Source of the DNA: an uncultured delta proteobacterium
GTDB lineage: Bacteria; Desulfobacterota; Binatia; DP-6
DNA: 64,000 nucleotides
Assembly: GCA_963815115.1 (NCBI GenBank)
Contig: CAWFFN010000005.1
Span: forward strand, 896,001-960,000
Direction of reading: 5' to 3'
The number at the start of each line of letters is the position of its first letter. Position 1 is the first letter of the stretch. The notes below the pieces were generated by a model, which worked only from the letters and a program-made list of their open reading frames with translations, was not told where the DNA came from and did no database searches. A program made the position numbers and the translations under genes. Of the stretch, positions 1-9,163 are shown piece after piece.

Positions 1-565
1 CGTTCTCGATCGCCGTGCGCTTCGCCTGGTCCTTCGCGCCGGCCGCCATCTGCGTGTGCGAGCACGGGCCGATGAAGGTGAGCCCGGCGTCCTCGAGCGC
101 GCGCACGAACGCGGCATCCTCGGCCATGAAGCCGTAGCCGGCGAACACGGCATCGTACGCGTGCTGGCGGCAGATCCGGATGATGTCGGCCACCCGCTGC
201 TCGCGCTCCTCCTTGGTGGCGCCCGTGTAGTCGGGTACGGGATGCACGAAGCGCGGGTTCATGATGCGGAGCTCGGGCGACAGCGCGCGCGGGAAGACGA
301 TGCTGTCCTTCTCGGACAGCAGCATGCCGACCTGGACCATGCCCATCTCGCGGAAGACGTCGATCGCCTCCTTGCGGATCGGCCCGCGGCAGACGATCAG
401 CACCTTCATGTCGTCGCACGCGAAGGTGCGGGCCCACGCCGAGCGCGACTCGCCCAGGCGGCGGTCCCGGAACTGGTAGGGGTTGTCGCGGTAGGGCGCG
501 CGCGACTCGGCGAGCCGGCGATCGCGATCCTTCGCCGGGTCGAGGGGACGGGCTGGAATGGCCAT
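1..565 (-). CDS. Biotin carboxylase subunit of an acyl-CoA carboxylase (5' part, runs off window)
   Basis: Manual translation from ATG at 565 (TGATG overlap with upstream gene): [10 protein letters not shown]...KVLIVCRGPIRKEAIDVF...DAVFAGYGFMAEDAAFVRALEDAGLTFIGP, carrying the biotin carboxylase GYGF.AE/FIGP motif. Confidence 0.85.
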   Translation of the reverse strand, partial: MAIPARPLDPAKDRDRRLAESRAPYRDNPYQFRDRRLGESRSAWARTFACDDMKVLIVCRGPIRKEAIDVFREMGMVQVGMLLSEKDSIVFPRALSPELRIMNPRFVHPVPDYTGATKEEREQRVADIIRICRQHAYDAVFAGYGFMAEDAAFVRALEDAGLTFIGPCSHTQMAAGAKDQAKRTAIEN

Positions 566-2259
566 CAGTGGAACTCGCGCTGCGGTCCGACCATGGGCCC
601 CGGGACGTAGTGATTCAGGAGGAAGCGCAGGTGATGGGTGAGGACGCGGCGCAGGTCGGTGGGCATCACGATCTCGGAGATCGAGCCCAGCGACAGCGCC
701 TCGCGCGGGTTCATCAGCTCGCGCTCGTAGCGCTGGTTGAGCTCGGCCTCGCGCGCCTTCACCCACTCCGCCACCTCGGCCTCCGGGACGCCCGCTCGGC
801 GCTTCTTGGCGGCCTCGTCGCGCATCTTGCGGATCTCGGTCTTGTAGACGAACTCCTTGCCGGCGGTGCCCATGACCGCGACCCGCGTGGTGGGAAGCGC
901 GAGCACCACGTCGGCACCGGTGGCGTAGCTGTTGAACGCGGCGTACGCTCCGCCGAAGGCATTGCGCAGGATGAGCAGCACCCGCGGCGTGCGGATGTCG
1001 ATGATGGCGTCGAGCATGGCGCGCCCGGCCTGCACGATGCCGCGAGTCTCCTGGTCACGTCCGGGCAAGAAGCCGGTGGTGTCCTCGATGAAGATCACCG
1101 GGGTGTTGTAGATCGAGCAGAAGCGGACGAAGCGCGCGATCTTGTAGGCCGCGTCGACGTCGATCTGCCCGCTGGCGACGGCACTGTTGTTGGCGACGAA
1201 CCCGACGACATGACCGCCGAGCCGCCCGAAGGCCGTGATGGCGTTGCGCGCCCGGTCGGGCTGGACCTCGAAGTAGTCGCCGTGGTCGCAGATGCGCTCG
1301 ATCAGGATCGTGACGTCGAGCGGCGTGTTGAAGCCGGTGGGCGAGTTGAAGGCCTTGCGCAGGAGCGTGTCGATCTCGGTCGTCGGACGGTCCACCGAGT
1401 CGCTGGTGCGCTCGAAGGGCGGCGCCACGCGGCTCGAGTTGGGGAGGTAGCTCAGCAGGCGCTGCGCCGTGCGCAGGGCGGTCACCTCGTCGCTCACCGT
1501 CAGATCGGCGACGCCGCTCGCGCCGTGCACCTTCGGGCCGCCGAGGTCGTCCGGGGTGACGTCCTCGCCGAGGACGCTCTTGATGACGCCAGGACCGGTG
1601 AGGCCGAAGAAGGTGTTCGCCGCCTGGATGACGAAGCTGCCCTGGCGCGGCAGGTAGGAGCCGCCGCCCGCGTTGTACCCGAACATGCACATGATGCTGG
1701 GCGCGACGCCGCTGATCTTGCGCAGCGCCGTGAACGCCTCGGCGTAGCCGTCGAGGCCGCCGATCCCCGCCGGCACGAAGGCGCCGGCGCTGTCGTTCAT
1801 GCCGAGGCAGGGAATGCCGCGGTCGCCGGCCAGGTAGATGAGGTTGGCGAGCTTGCGGCCGTTGGTGGCATCCATCGAGCCCGCGCGGATGGTGAAGTCG
1901 TGGCCGTACAGTGCCACGTCGCGACCACCGATCTTGACCACCGCCGTGACGATGGATGCGCCGTCGAGATTCGGACCCCAGTTCTGGTACAGCACCGTCG
2001 GCTGCGTGTCGGGATCCTGCAGGACCTCGATCCGCTCCCACACCGTCATCCGATCCTTGGCGTGCTGGCGGATCGTCTGCATCGTGCCGGCGGCGACGTA
2101 TGGTTTGCGCCGCAGCTCCTCGCCGGCGGCGAGTGCCCGGTCGTAGGGACCCGGCGTCGCGGTGGTGGTGCCCGCGTCGGGACCGGCACCCGCGAGCGGA
2201 TCGTCGAGCGCGGGGACCGCGGGTGAGACCGTCGTCGTCTTCGGCTTCGGCTTCGCCAT
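565..2259 (-). CDS. Acyl-CoA carboxylase carboxyltransferase subunit
   Basis: [45 protein letters not shown] motifs. Confidence 0.9.
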   Translation of the reverse strand: MAKPKPKTTTVSPAVPALDDPLAGAGPDAGTTTATPGPYDRALAAGEELRRKPYVAAGTMQTIRQHAKDRMTVWERIEVLQDPDTQPTVLYQNWGPNLDGASIVTAVVKIGGRDVALYGHDFTIRAGSMDATNGRKLANLIYLAGDRGIPCLGMNDSAGAFVPAGIGGLDGYAEAFTALRKISGVAPSIMCMFGYNAGGGSYLPRQGSFVIQAANTFFGLTGPGVIKSVLGEDVTPDDLGGPKVHGASGVADLTVSDEVTALRTAQRLLSYLPNSSRVAPPFERTSDSVDRPTTEIDTLLRKAFNSPTGFNTPLDVTILIERICDHGDYFEVQPDRARNAITAFGRLGGHVVGFVANNSAVASGQIDVDAAYKIARFVRFCSIYNTPVIFIEDTTGFLPGRDQETRGIVQAGRAMLDAIIDIRTPRVLLILRNAFGGAYAAFNSYATGADVVLALPTTRVAVMGTAGKEFVYKTEIRKMRDEAAKKRRAGVPEAEVAEWVKAREAELNQRYERELMNPREALSLGSISEIVMPTDLRRVLTHHLRFLLNHYVPGPMVGPQREFH

Positions 2260-2449
2260 GGACTTCCGGGAGCGGACCCAGGCGGGGAGGCCCGGTCCGA
2301 GCGCCTCTACCTAGTGGGGTCGGGAAGAAAACGCCAGCGGGCAGGGCGCCGGTCCCCCGAGCCGCGCCGCAGCCACGACCGACAATTCGCGGCATCCGAC
2401 CCGAGAGCAACCGTGCCGCGTCACGGCGGCGCGGTGCCCGCTCGGGAGG

Positions 2450-2890
2450 CTACGATGCCGCGTTGGCAGGGGTGAGCCGGCGGCCGGTGATCTCCGCCGG
2501 GATGATCTTGAACCACTGGTCGCGCGGACCGGGGGCCCAGGGCCGGACGGGGAGCTGGCGAAGAAGCTCGGACTCCCGGTCGATGGCATTGGTGATGTCA
2601 CGCCCGTAGCCGTGCACCGTGACGCTCCATCCCCGGCGGCCCTCGACGTCGATGTCGTCCACCTCGAAGGCCACGTGGGCGAGTGCCACCTCGGTCGCCA
2701 CCGTCAGCTCGGCCGTCCGGAACACCACGACGCCGTGCTCGTCGGCCGCGTAGTTGAGGGGAATCAGGTGGGGCCGGCCCTCGATCACGACCGCGAGGCG
2801 GCCGACACGGCCCCGCCGGAGCAGGCCGAGGCATTCGTCCCGTCCGAGTGGCTGGAGGGACCCTTCCGGGTTCACGGGCTCAGCGGTCAT
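2450..2890 (-). CDS. Pyridoxamine 5'-phosphate oxidase-like (FMN split barrel) protein
   Basis: ECLGLLRRGRVGRLAV..PHLIPLNY..VAFEVDD..GWSVTVHG..EITGRRL; start taken at MTAEPV. Confidence 0.8.
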   Translation of the reverse strand: MTAEPVNPEGSLQPLGRDECLGLLRRGRVGRLAVVIEGRPHLIPLNYAADEHGVVVFRTAELTVATEVALAHVAFEVDDIDVEGRRGWSVTVHGYGRDITNAIDRESELLRQLPVRPWAPGPRDQWFKIIPAEITGRRLTPANAAS

Positions 2891-2987
2891 GGTTGCTGGT
2901 ACTGCTTGGCCGACCGCTCTGTAAAGAGGGCCCGTGACGCGGTCGCCGGTCATGTACGTCCCGGGGCGGGACACGGCGGGGCGCGGG

Positions 2988-3653
2988 TCAGGCTCGGGTT
3001 TGCCCGGACGGCCGGCGCGGTCCGGACACCGCGGCGGACCCCACGAGCAGGAAGCGCCAAGGCCTCAGCGCGTCGGCGCCGGCGTACGCCACCCCGACGC
3101 GTGGGGTCCGTGCGACCGCCCCTCCTCGAACCGGCTGGGCGTCGAGAATGCGAAGCTGGCCCGCAACCAGGTCGGCGCCGTCGTCCGCGCGCGTCAGCCC
3201 GAGTGCCCGGCAGAGCGAGCCGGGTCCGCGGCAGAGCCGCCAGTCCGGCCCGTCGTCGAGCCCGCGCCGCGCGCGCATGAGCGCGATCCCTTCCAGCGGC
3301 TCCAGGGCCCGCAGCAGCACCGCTTCCGGCACGCCCGGCCCCTGGGTCACCACGTTCACGCAATGATGCATCCCATAGACGAAGTACACGTAGGCATGTC
3401 CCGCCGGACCCCACATGGTCTCGTTGCGCGGGGTGCGTCGGCCGCCGGCACTGTGCGCGGCGCGGTCGCGCGGGCCGCGGTACGCCTCGACCTCGACGAT
3501 GCGGCCGGCGGTGCGTCCCTCGCGGGTCTCGTGGACGAGCACCTTGCCGAGCAGTGCCCGGGCCACGCGCAGCGTGGGCTGCAAAAAAAACGAGCGGCCC
3601 AGGGGCCGCTCGTGCGAGGACAGGGACACTGAAGCGCGGCGAGCGCCGCTCAC
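2988..3653 (-). CDS. mpg: DNA-3-methyladenine glycosylase
   Basis: VARALLGKVL, GRIVEVEAYRG, GHAYVYFVYGMHHCVNVV, AVLLRALEP, GPGSLCRALG, RTPRVGV; GTG start overlaps etfA stop (alternative GTG at 3629). Confidence 0.9.
   Translation of the reverse strand: MSGARRASVSLSSHERPLGRSFFLQPTLRVARALLGKVLVHETREGRTAGRIVEVEAYRGPRDRAAHSAGGRRTPRNETMWGPAGHAYVYFVYGMHHCVNVVTQGPGVPEAVLLRALEPLEGIALMRARRGLDDGPDWRLCRGPGSLCRALGLTRADDGADLVAGQLRILDAQPVRGGAVARTPRVGVAYAGADALRPWRFLLVGSAAVSGPRRPSGQTRA
3583..3613 (-). terminator. Intrinsic terminator after etfA, lying inside the 5' coding region of mpg
   Basis: Minus strand reads ACGAGCGGCCC-CT-GGGCCGCTCG-TTTTTTTT: perfect GC-rich inverted repeat followed by T8. Confidence 0.8.
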
Positions 3654-4612
3654 GAGGCCTTCAGCTTCTTCACTTCCTCGGTCAGCTCGGGGACCGCCTT
3701 GAAGAGGTCCGCGACGAGCCCGTAGTCGGCCACCTGGAAGATCGGGGCCTCCTCGTCCTTGTTGATGGCGACGATGACCTTCGAATCCTTCATGCCGGCG
3801 AGATGCTGGATGGCGCCGGAGATGCCGACCGCGATGTAGAGCGTGGGCGCGACCACCTTCCCGGTCTGTCCCACCTGGAGGTCGTTCGGCACGTAGCCGG
3901 CGTCGACCGCCGCCCGGCTGGCACCCATCGCCGCGCCGAGAGCGTCGCACAGCGGCTCGAGGTAGGTGGTGAAGTTCTCGCCGTTCTTGAGACCGCGACC
4001 GCCCGAGCACACGATCGACGCCTCGGTGAGGACGGGACGATCGGATTTGGTCTCGGCGAACTCGACGAACTTGGTCTTGCCGTCGCCGGCCGGGGGCGAG
4101 GCCTTCGTCACGGTGCCGCTGCCGCCCGGCGTGGCGGGAGGGAAGGCCGTGCCGCGCACGGAGACGACGCGCGGGCTGCCCTCGATCTTGACGGTGACGA
4201 AGAGGTTGCCCGCCCACATCGGACGGACGAAGGTCGTGGCGTCGACGATGCCGCTGATGTCCGACACCATGCCCGCACCGAGGCGGGCGGCGAGGCGCGG
4301 GAGGAGGTCCTTGCCGACCGCGGTCGCGGTCGCGACGACGTCCTCGACGCTCTTCTCCTTCACCACCTCGGCGAGGGCCGTGGTGTACGCGTCGGCGACG
4401 TAGTGCTCGAACTGCGGGCCATCGACCGCGACGACGTCGACGCCGTACGTGGCGAGCTCGCCGGCGAGGGCGTCGATGCCCGAGCCGAGAACGACGGCCA
4501 GGCACTTGCCCCCCGCCTTCTCGGCGAGCGTCTTGCCCGCCGTCAGACCGACCAGCGTGGTCTTGGGGAACTTTCCGTGGAGATGCTCGGCGACGACCAG
4601 TACGTTTCCCAT
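3650..4612 (-). CDS. etfA: Electron transfer flavoprotein alpha subunit
   Basis: [49 protein letters not shown]. Confidence 0.95.
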   Translation of the reverse strand: MGNVLVVAEHLHGKFPKTTLVGLTAGKTLAEKAGGKCLAVVLGSGIDALAGELATYGVDVVAVDGPQFEHYVADAYTTALAEVVKEKSVEDVVATATAVGKDLLPRLAARLGAGMVSDISGIVDATTFVRPMWAGNLFVTVKIEGSPRVVSVRGTAFPPATPGGSGTVTKASPPAGDGKTKFVEFAETKSDRPVLTEASIVCSGGRGLKNGENFTTYLEPLCDALGAAMGASRAAVDAGYVPNDLQVGQTGKVVAPTLYIAVGISGAIQHLAGMKDSKVIVAINKDEEAPIFQVADYGLVADLFKAVPELTEEVKKLKAS

Positions 4613-4629
4613 GACGAAATCCTTCGACC

Positions 4630-5379
4630 TCAGATGACCTTGGCTTCCTCGTGCAGGATCTTCACCAGCTCCTGCACCGAGGCGACCTTGCGACCCGCGG
4701 CCCGCTTGGGCGGGGTCTCGAACTTCACGACCTTCACCCGCGGCGTCACGTCGACGCCCAGGTCGGCCACCGGAATCTCCTTCAGCTCCTTCTTGCGCGC
4801 CTTCATGATGCCGGGGAGCGAGGCGTAGCGCGGCTCGTTCAGCCGGAGATCGGCGGTGACGACCGCGGGAAGTGCGAACGCGAGCGTCTCGAGGCCGCCG
4901 TCGACCTCGCGGGTGACCTTGGCCTGGCCGTCCGCCAGCTCGAGCTTGGAGGCGAAGGTGGCCTGCGGCCAGCCGAGCAGCTCGGCCAGCATCTGGCCGG
5001 CGCAGTTGTTGTCGTAGTCGACGGCCTGCTTGCCCATGAGGATCAGCTCGGGCTTCTCCTGCTCGGCGAGCTTCTGGAGCACCCGCGCCACCGCCAGCGG
5101 CTCGAGGTTCTCGTCCGTGAGCACGAGGATGGCGCGATCGGCACCCATCGCGAGCCCCGTGCGGAGCTGCTCCTGCGCGGCCTTGGGGCCGATGCTCACC
5201 AGCACGACCTCGGAGCCCGCGTGCTTCTCCTTCAGGCGCAGCCCTTCCTCGACCGCGATCTCATCGAAGGGGTTCACCACCCACTTGATGTTGTCGATCA
5301 CGAAGCCGGTGCCGTCGGCGTTGATCTTGAGCTGCGTCTCCGGATCGGGGACGCGCTTCACGGTGACCAGGATCTTCAC
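4630..5379 (-). CDS. etfB: Electron transfer flavoprotein beta subunit
   Basis: [48 protein letters not shown]. Confidence 0.95.
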   Translation of the reverse strand: MKILVTVKRVPDPETQLKINADGTGFVIDNIKWVVNPFDEIAVEEGLRLKEKHAGSEVVLVSIGPKAAQEQLRTGLAMGADRAILVLTDENLEPLAVARVLQKLAEQEKPELILMGKQAVDYDNNCAGQMLAELLGWPQATFASKLELADGQAKVTREVDGGLETLAFALPAVVTADLRLNEPRYASLPGIMKARKKELKEIPVADLGVDVTPRVKVVKFETPPKRAAGRKVASVQELVKILHEEAKVI

Positions 5380-5424
5380 GGGGTGAGTCTCCTTCGGGGG
5401 GAATTCCGGAACCGAAACCCGCTT

Positions 5425-5453
5425 TCGCTACACCGCTCGGTCCCGGCAGTCAA
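5425..5453 (-). promoter_or_regulatory. Putative sigma70 promoter of etfBA
   Basis: Minus strand TTGACT-N17-TAGCGA (weak -10). Confidence 0.4.
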
Positions 5454-5471
5454 GGAAGCATGGGGTCGGCG

Positions 5472-6266
5472 TCAGCTCGCTTCCCGGCGCCCGACGTCGA
5501 AGCCGAGACGGCTGGAGAGATCGCGGCCTGCCTTCGCGATGAGCGGCGCAAGTTCCTTGTCGATGCGCTCGGCCTGGAAGCGGTAGGCCGGTCCCACCAC
5601 CGCGAGGGTGCCGACCACGTTGCGCGTGTAGTCGCGGATCGGGACCGCGACGGCGCGCACGTCTTCCATGTGCTCGCCCATGTCGATGGCGTAGCCGTTC
5701 GACGCCACCGACTTGAGCTGCTGCTGCAGCGCCTGGCGGTCGACGGGCGTCCGCTCGGTGAACTTGGGAAGCGGGTCGGGCAGGATGGCCCGTAGATCCT
5801 CCTCGGCCTGGAAGGCGAGAAGGGCCTTGCCGGCTGCGGTGCAGTGGAGCGGAAGCGTCTCACCCACCTGCGAGACGATGCGCACCGAGCGATCAGCCTC
5901 CACGATCTCCACGGGGACGACGCCGTCGCGACGGAGCACCGCCACGTAGGCGGTCTCGCGCGCCTGACGGACCAGCTCGATCATGATCGGCCGCGCCTGG
6001 CGGAGCAGGCCCATGTGTCGCACGTAGCTCTGCCCCAGCTCGAGACAGCGGACCCCGAGGCGGTAGTTCTCGGTGGCGCGGTTCTGCTCGATGTAGCCGC
6101 GCGACTCGAGGGTGGCGAGCAGGCGGAAGACGTTGTTCTTGTGCAGCTTGAGACGCTTCGACAGCTCCGTGACGCCGAGCTCTTCCGTGTCGAGGCAGAA
6201 CTGCTCGAGGACGTCGAGCGAGTGCGACACGGACTGGATGATGTAGTTCGATTTCTCGCGGCGCAT
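5472..6266 (-). CDS. IclR family transcriptional regulator
   Basis: IQSVSHSLDVLE, LGVTELSKRLKLHKNNVFRLLATL HTH, LPLHCTAAGKALLA. Confidence 0.92.
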   Translation of the reverse strand: MRREKSNYIIQSVSHSLDVLEQFCLDTEELGVTELSKRLKLHKNNVFRLLATLESRGYIEQNRATENYRLGVRCLELGQSYVRHMGLLRQARPIMIELVRQARETAYVAVLRRDGVVPVEIVEADRSVRIVSQVGETLPLHCTAAGKALLAFQAEEDLRAILPDPLPKFTERTPVDRQALQQQLKSVASNGYAIDMGEHMEDVRAVAVPIRDYTRNVVGTLAVVGPAYRFQAERIDKELAPLIAKAGRDLSSRLGFDVGRREAS

Positions 6267-6281
6267 TCGGTGGCCTTCCCA

Positions 6282-6322
6282 AAAACGCGTTTTAGACTAC
6301 GACGCTGCCATCGGGGAGTCAA
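6282..6322 (-). promoter_or_regulatory. sigma70 promoter of iclR with adjacent palindromic operator
   Basis: Minus strand TTGACT-N17-TAGTCT (6294-6322) immediately followed by the perfect palindrome AAAACGCGTTTT (6282-6293). Confidence 0.6.
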
Positions 6323-6468
6323 CGCGGGCCGGCGGCCTCGAGAGCTGGCCGCAAACGCCTGCAGAATCTAAGTCTTACATGGATCACGCTGCGATGTCCG
6401 AGCAGGCGAACGCCGTCTTGACAGGAACGCGACGCTGCGGAACGTTTGCGCGCCGAAGGGAGCAGACG

Positions 6469-7185
6469 ATGGACGGAAAGAGCGCGATGGTCGAGGTGCA
6501 GACCCCTGGCGGCGCGATGCCGGCTCAGCTCGCGCGCCCGGGTGGCGATGCGCCGGCTCCGGCAGTGATCGTCATCCCGGAGGCGTTCGGTCTGAACGCC
6601 CACATCAAGGACGTCGCCCGCCGGATCGCGGCGGAGGGCTACGTGACGCTCGCGCTCGACCTGTTTCATCGCGGCGGGCCAGGCCGCGTGGCGGGCTACG
6701 ACCAGCTTCCCGAGGCGCTTCGCCTGATGGGGGAGCTGACGGACGCCGGCATCGTCGAGGACGTCGGTGCTGCCGTCGCGCACCTCGAAGGCCAGCCGTT
6801 CGTCCGGGCAAACCGCATCGGCATCACCGGCTTCTGCATGGGAGGGCGCGTCAGCTATCTCGCGGCTTGCGCGCTGCCGGACAAGATCAAGGCGGCGGTG
6901 CCGTTCTACGGGGGTGGCATTCCGATCGACCGGACGGCGACGCTGGGGGCGCCGGTGCTCGCCTTCTTCGGCGAGGACGACGCCTTCATTCCGCTCGACC
7001 AGGTGCGTGCGCTGGAGGAAGAGGCCAAGCGCCGGGGCAAGTCGCTCGAGACGGTCGTCTACCCGAGCGCGCCGCACGGTTTCTTCTGCGACGAGCGCGA
7101 CTCGTATCGGCCGGACGCGGCGCGGGACGCGTGGGGTCGCCTGAAGTCGTTCTTCGCCAAGCATTTGCAAGCGTCTGACGGGTGA
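6469..7185 (+). CDS. Dienelactone hydrolase family protein
   Basis: PEAFGLNAHIKDVARRIA, GFCMGG nucleophile, HGFFCDER. Confidence 0.9.
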   Translation: MDGKSAMVEVQTPGGAMPAQLARPGGDAPAPAVIVIPEAFGLNAHIKDVARRIAAEGYVTLALDLFHRGGPGRVAGYDQLPEALRLMGELTDAGIVEDVGAAVAHLEGQPFVRANRIGITGFCMGGRVSYLAACALPDKIKAAVPFYGGGIPIDRTATLGAPVLAFFGEDDAFIPLDQVRALEEEAKRRGKSLETVVYPSAPHGFFCDERDSYRPDAARDAWGRLKSFFAKHLQASDG

Positions 7186-7188
7186 CGC

Positions 7189-8118
7189 GTGCGCATCCTC
7201 CTGGTCGGTCAGGCAGCGTTCGCGGAGCAGGTGCTGGCCGGGCTCGCGACGGCCGGTCACCACGTGGTGGGAGTCGTCTGCCCTCCCGACCGTGGCGACA
7301 AGCTCGATCCCGTGAAGGCGGCGGCCGTCGGCCGGGGCATCGCCGTGAGCCAGTTCGCCTCTCTCAAGGCCCCCGCGGCCCGCGAGGCCTTCGCGGCGGC
7401 CGACGCCGACCTCGCCGTGCTGGCCTACGTGACGCAGATCGTCCCCGAGCCGCTTCTCCAGCTGCCCCGGCATACCGCGATCTGCTTTCATCCCTCCCTG
7501 CTTCCCCGCTACCGGGGCGGCAGCGCGATTCCGTGGCAGCTCATCCGGGGCGAGACGCGCTCGGGCGTCACCGTCTTCTGGCCCGACGCGGGCATCGACA
7601 CCGGTCCGGTGCTCCTGCAGCGTGAAGCCGCAGTCGATCCCGAGGACACGGCCGCGACGCTCTATTTCAAGACCCTCTTTCCTCTCGGCGTCCAGACCGT
7701 GCTCGACAGCGTGCAGCTGATCGCCGAGGGTCGCGCGCCGCGCGAGCCGCAGGACGAGACGTGCGCCACGTACGACCCGCTGCTCACCGATGCCCACGCC
7801 GCGATCGACTGGAAGCGACCCGCCTCCGAGGTGCACGACCTGATCCGTGGCTGCGATCCGCAGCCGGGCGCGCACACCACCTGGCGCGACACCCGGCTCC
7901 GGCTGTTCGAGCCCCGGCGTGACGAGCGCAGCGGTCCGGCCGGCCAGGTCCTCGCCGTGGATGCGCACGGCGTGGTGGTCGCGGCCGCCGCGGGCTCGGT
8001 GCGCTGCGCGCGCGCCCGCGGCGACGGCCCCAAGGCCGCCGCCGTGGAGGTGGCGAGCGCGCTCGGCATCACGCCGGGGGCACGTCTGGGAGACCCTGGC
8101 GTTTCCGGCGGTCAGTAG
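7189..8118 (+). CDS. Formyltransferase family protein (Fmt-like / 10-formyl-THF hydrolase-like)
   Basis: FHPSLLPRYRGGSAI, GIDTGPVLLQ, AAIDW..LIRGCDPQPGAHT. Confidence 0.8.
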   Translation: MRILLVGQAAFAEQVLAGLATAGHHVVGVVCPPDRGDKLDPVKAAAVGRGIAVSQFASLKAPAAREAFAAADADLAVLAYVTQIVPEPLLQLPRHTAICFHPSLLPRYRGGSAIPWQLIRGETRSGVTVFWPDAGIDTGPVLLQREAAVDPEDTAATLYFKTLFPLGVQTVLDSVQLIAEGRAPREPQDETCATYDPLLTDAHAAIDWKRPASEVHDLIRGCDPQPGAHTTWRDTRLRLFEPRRDERSGPAGQVLAVDAHGVVVAAAAGSVRCARARGDGPKAAAVEVASALGITPGARLGDPGVSGGQ

Positions 8119-9053
8119 ACCAGCGGCACCGAGAAATCGAAGAGCTTGCGCTGATCGCAGCCGAGGTTGATGTCGAGGCGGCCGCGCAGCTTGACGTTGA
8201 CGTTGACCGTGAAGCCGAGCGGCTCGCCGCGCGGGATCGCCGCGGCGGCGAGGACCGAGCCGCCGGCCGCGTGGCCCTGCATCGTGCCGAGGATGAAGGG
8301 ATACTCGGGATCGGGGGCGGTGATCGTGGTGCCGTCGTGGACGGTGATGCTCGGACACACCGCGGTCCCGCCGGCGCTGCACTTCCAGCTGATCCGCTGC
8401 CCGGGCGAGAAGCCGGGCCGGGTGGTGTCGATCCCGTTCGAGTCGACGTCGTAGATGCTGCTCGGCTCGGGACCGTCGTCCGGGCCGTCGGCGACGGCGA
8501 TCGCCGCCTGCTCGGCTCCGGACAGCGAGCCGGCCGCCGTGGCGGTGATCGGATTCTGCCGCTTCACGTTGAGCCAGTGCATCGTCGGCGCGCGCCAGGC
8601 GGTGCAGTTGATCCCGGGTGAGTCGCAGGCGCGTGGCAGGAGCTCGGTGTAGACACCTCCCTGGCAGGTGCGATCGCCCGACGCCGACGGGAACACCATC
8701 ACGGTGGTACCCTGGCGCAGGTTGGCGAGATGCCAGATGCCACGGCCGTCGGTCCAGGCGCTTCCGAGAAGCACCGCGTTGCCGTGGTTCTTCCAGCCGC
8801 ACCAGCTGAACGCATCCTGTCCGGGCTCCGCCCCGTCGATGCCCTCGCGGAAGTTCCGCTGCCGGTACCAGAGCTCCACCAGCCGGCCCGGCGCGGCGAT
8901 GCCCTCGACGCCGTCGAGATCGTTGTTGTTGGTGGTCACGCGGTAGATGAGTGGCGCGTTCCCCACCGAGTGTACCGTGACGGCGCGCAGCACCAGTCCC
9001 GAGAGGACGACTACGCCCGCGGCCACGACCATGACCCTCTGCCCATGTGACAT
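8112..9053 (-). CDS. Hypothetical exported or membrane-anchored Cys-containing protein
   Basis: ATG after an AGGAGG RBS; N-terminal hydrophobic segment; codon usage typical of real genes here; no recognised family. Confidence 0.65.
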   Translation of the reverse strand: MSHGQRVMVVAAGVVVLSGLVLRAVTVHSVGNAPLIYRVTTNNNDLDGVEGIAAPGRLVELWYRQRNFREGIDGAEPGQDAFSWCGWKNHGNAVLLGSAWTDGRGIWHLANLRQGTTVMVFPSASGDRTCQGGVYTELLPRACDSPGINCTAWRAPTMHWLNVKRQNPITATAAGSLSGAEQAAIAVADGPDDGPEPSSIYDVDSNGIDTTRPGFSPGQRISWKCSAGGTAVCPSITVHDGTTITAPDPEYPFILGTMQGHAAGGSVLAAAAIPRGEPLGFTVNVNVKLRGRLDINLGCDQRKLFDFSVPLVY

Positions 9054-9093
9054 GAGACCTCCTTCGCCCGGGCGGGAAGGCTCGCGGTGCCAG

Positions 9094-9109
9094 TGCAGGG
9101 GTCGTGCCG
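9094..9109 (-). promoter_or_regulatory. Putative sigma54 (-24/-12) promoter of the 8112-9053 gene
   Basis: Minus strand CGGCACGACCCCTGCA = GG-N10-GC, just downstream of a sigma54 activator gene. Confidence 0.55.
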
Positions 9110-9163
9110 GCGGAATCGGCCGCAGCCTCGCAGGCGGACGGGTGGCCGCTGTAGCCGCTGTGC

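Noticed and set aside
7189-8118. Housekeeping fmt
   Set aside because: No def/rsmB context and N-terminus lacks the usual FMGTP motif; treated as a paralog
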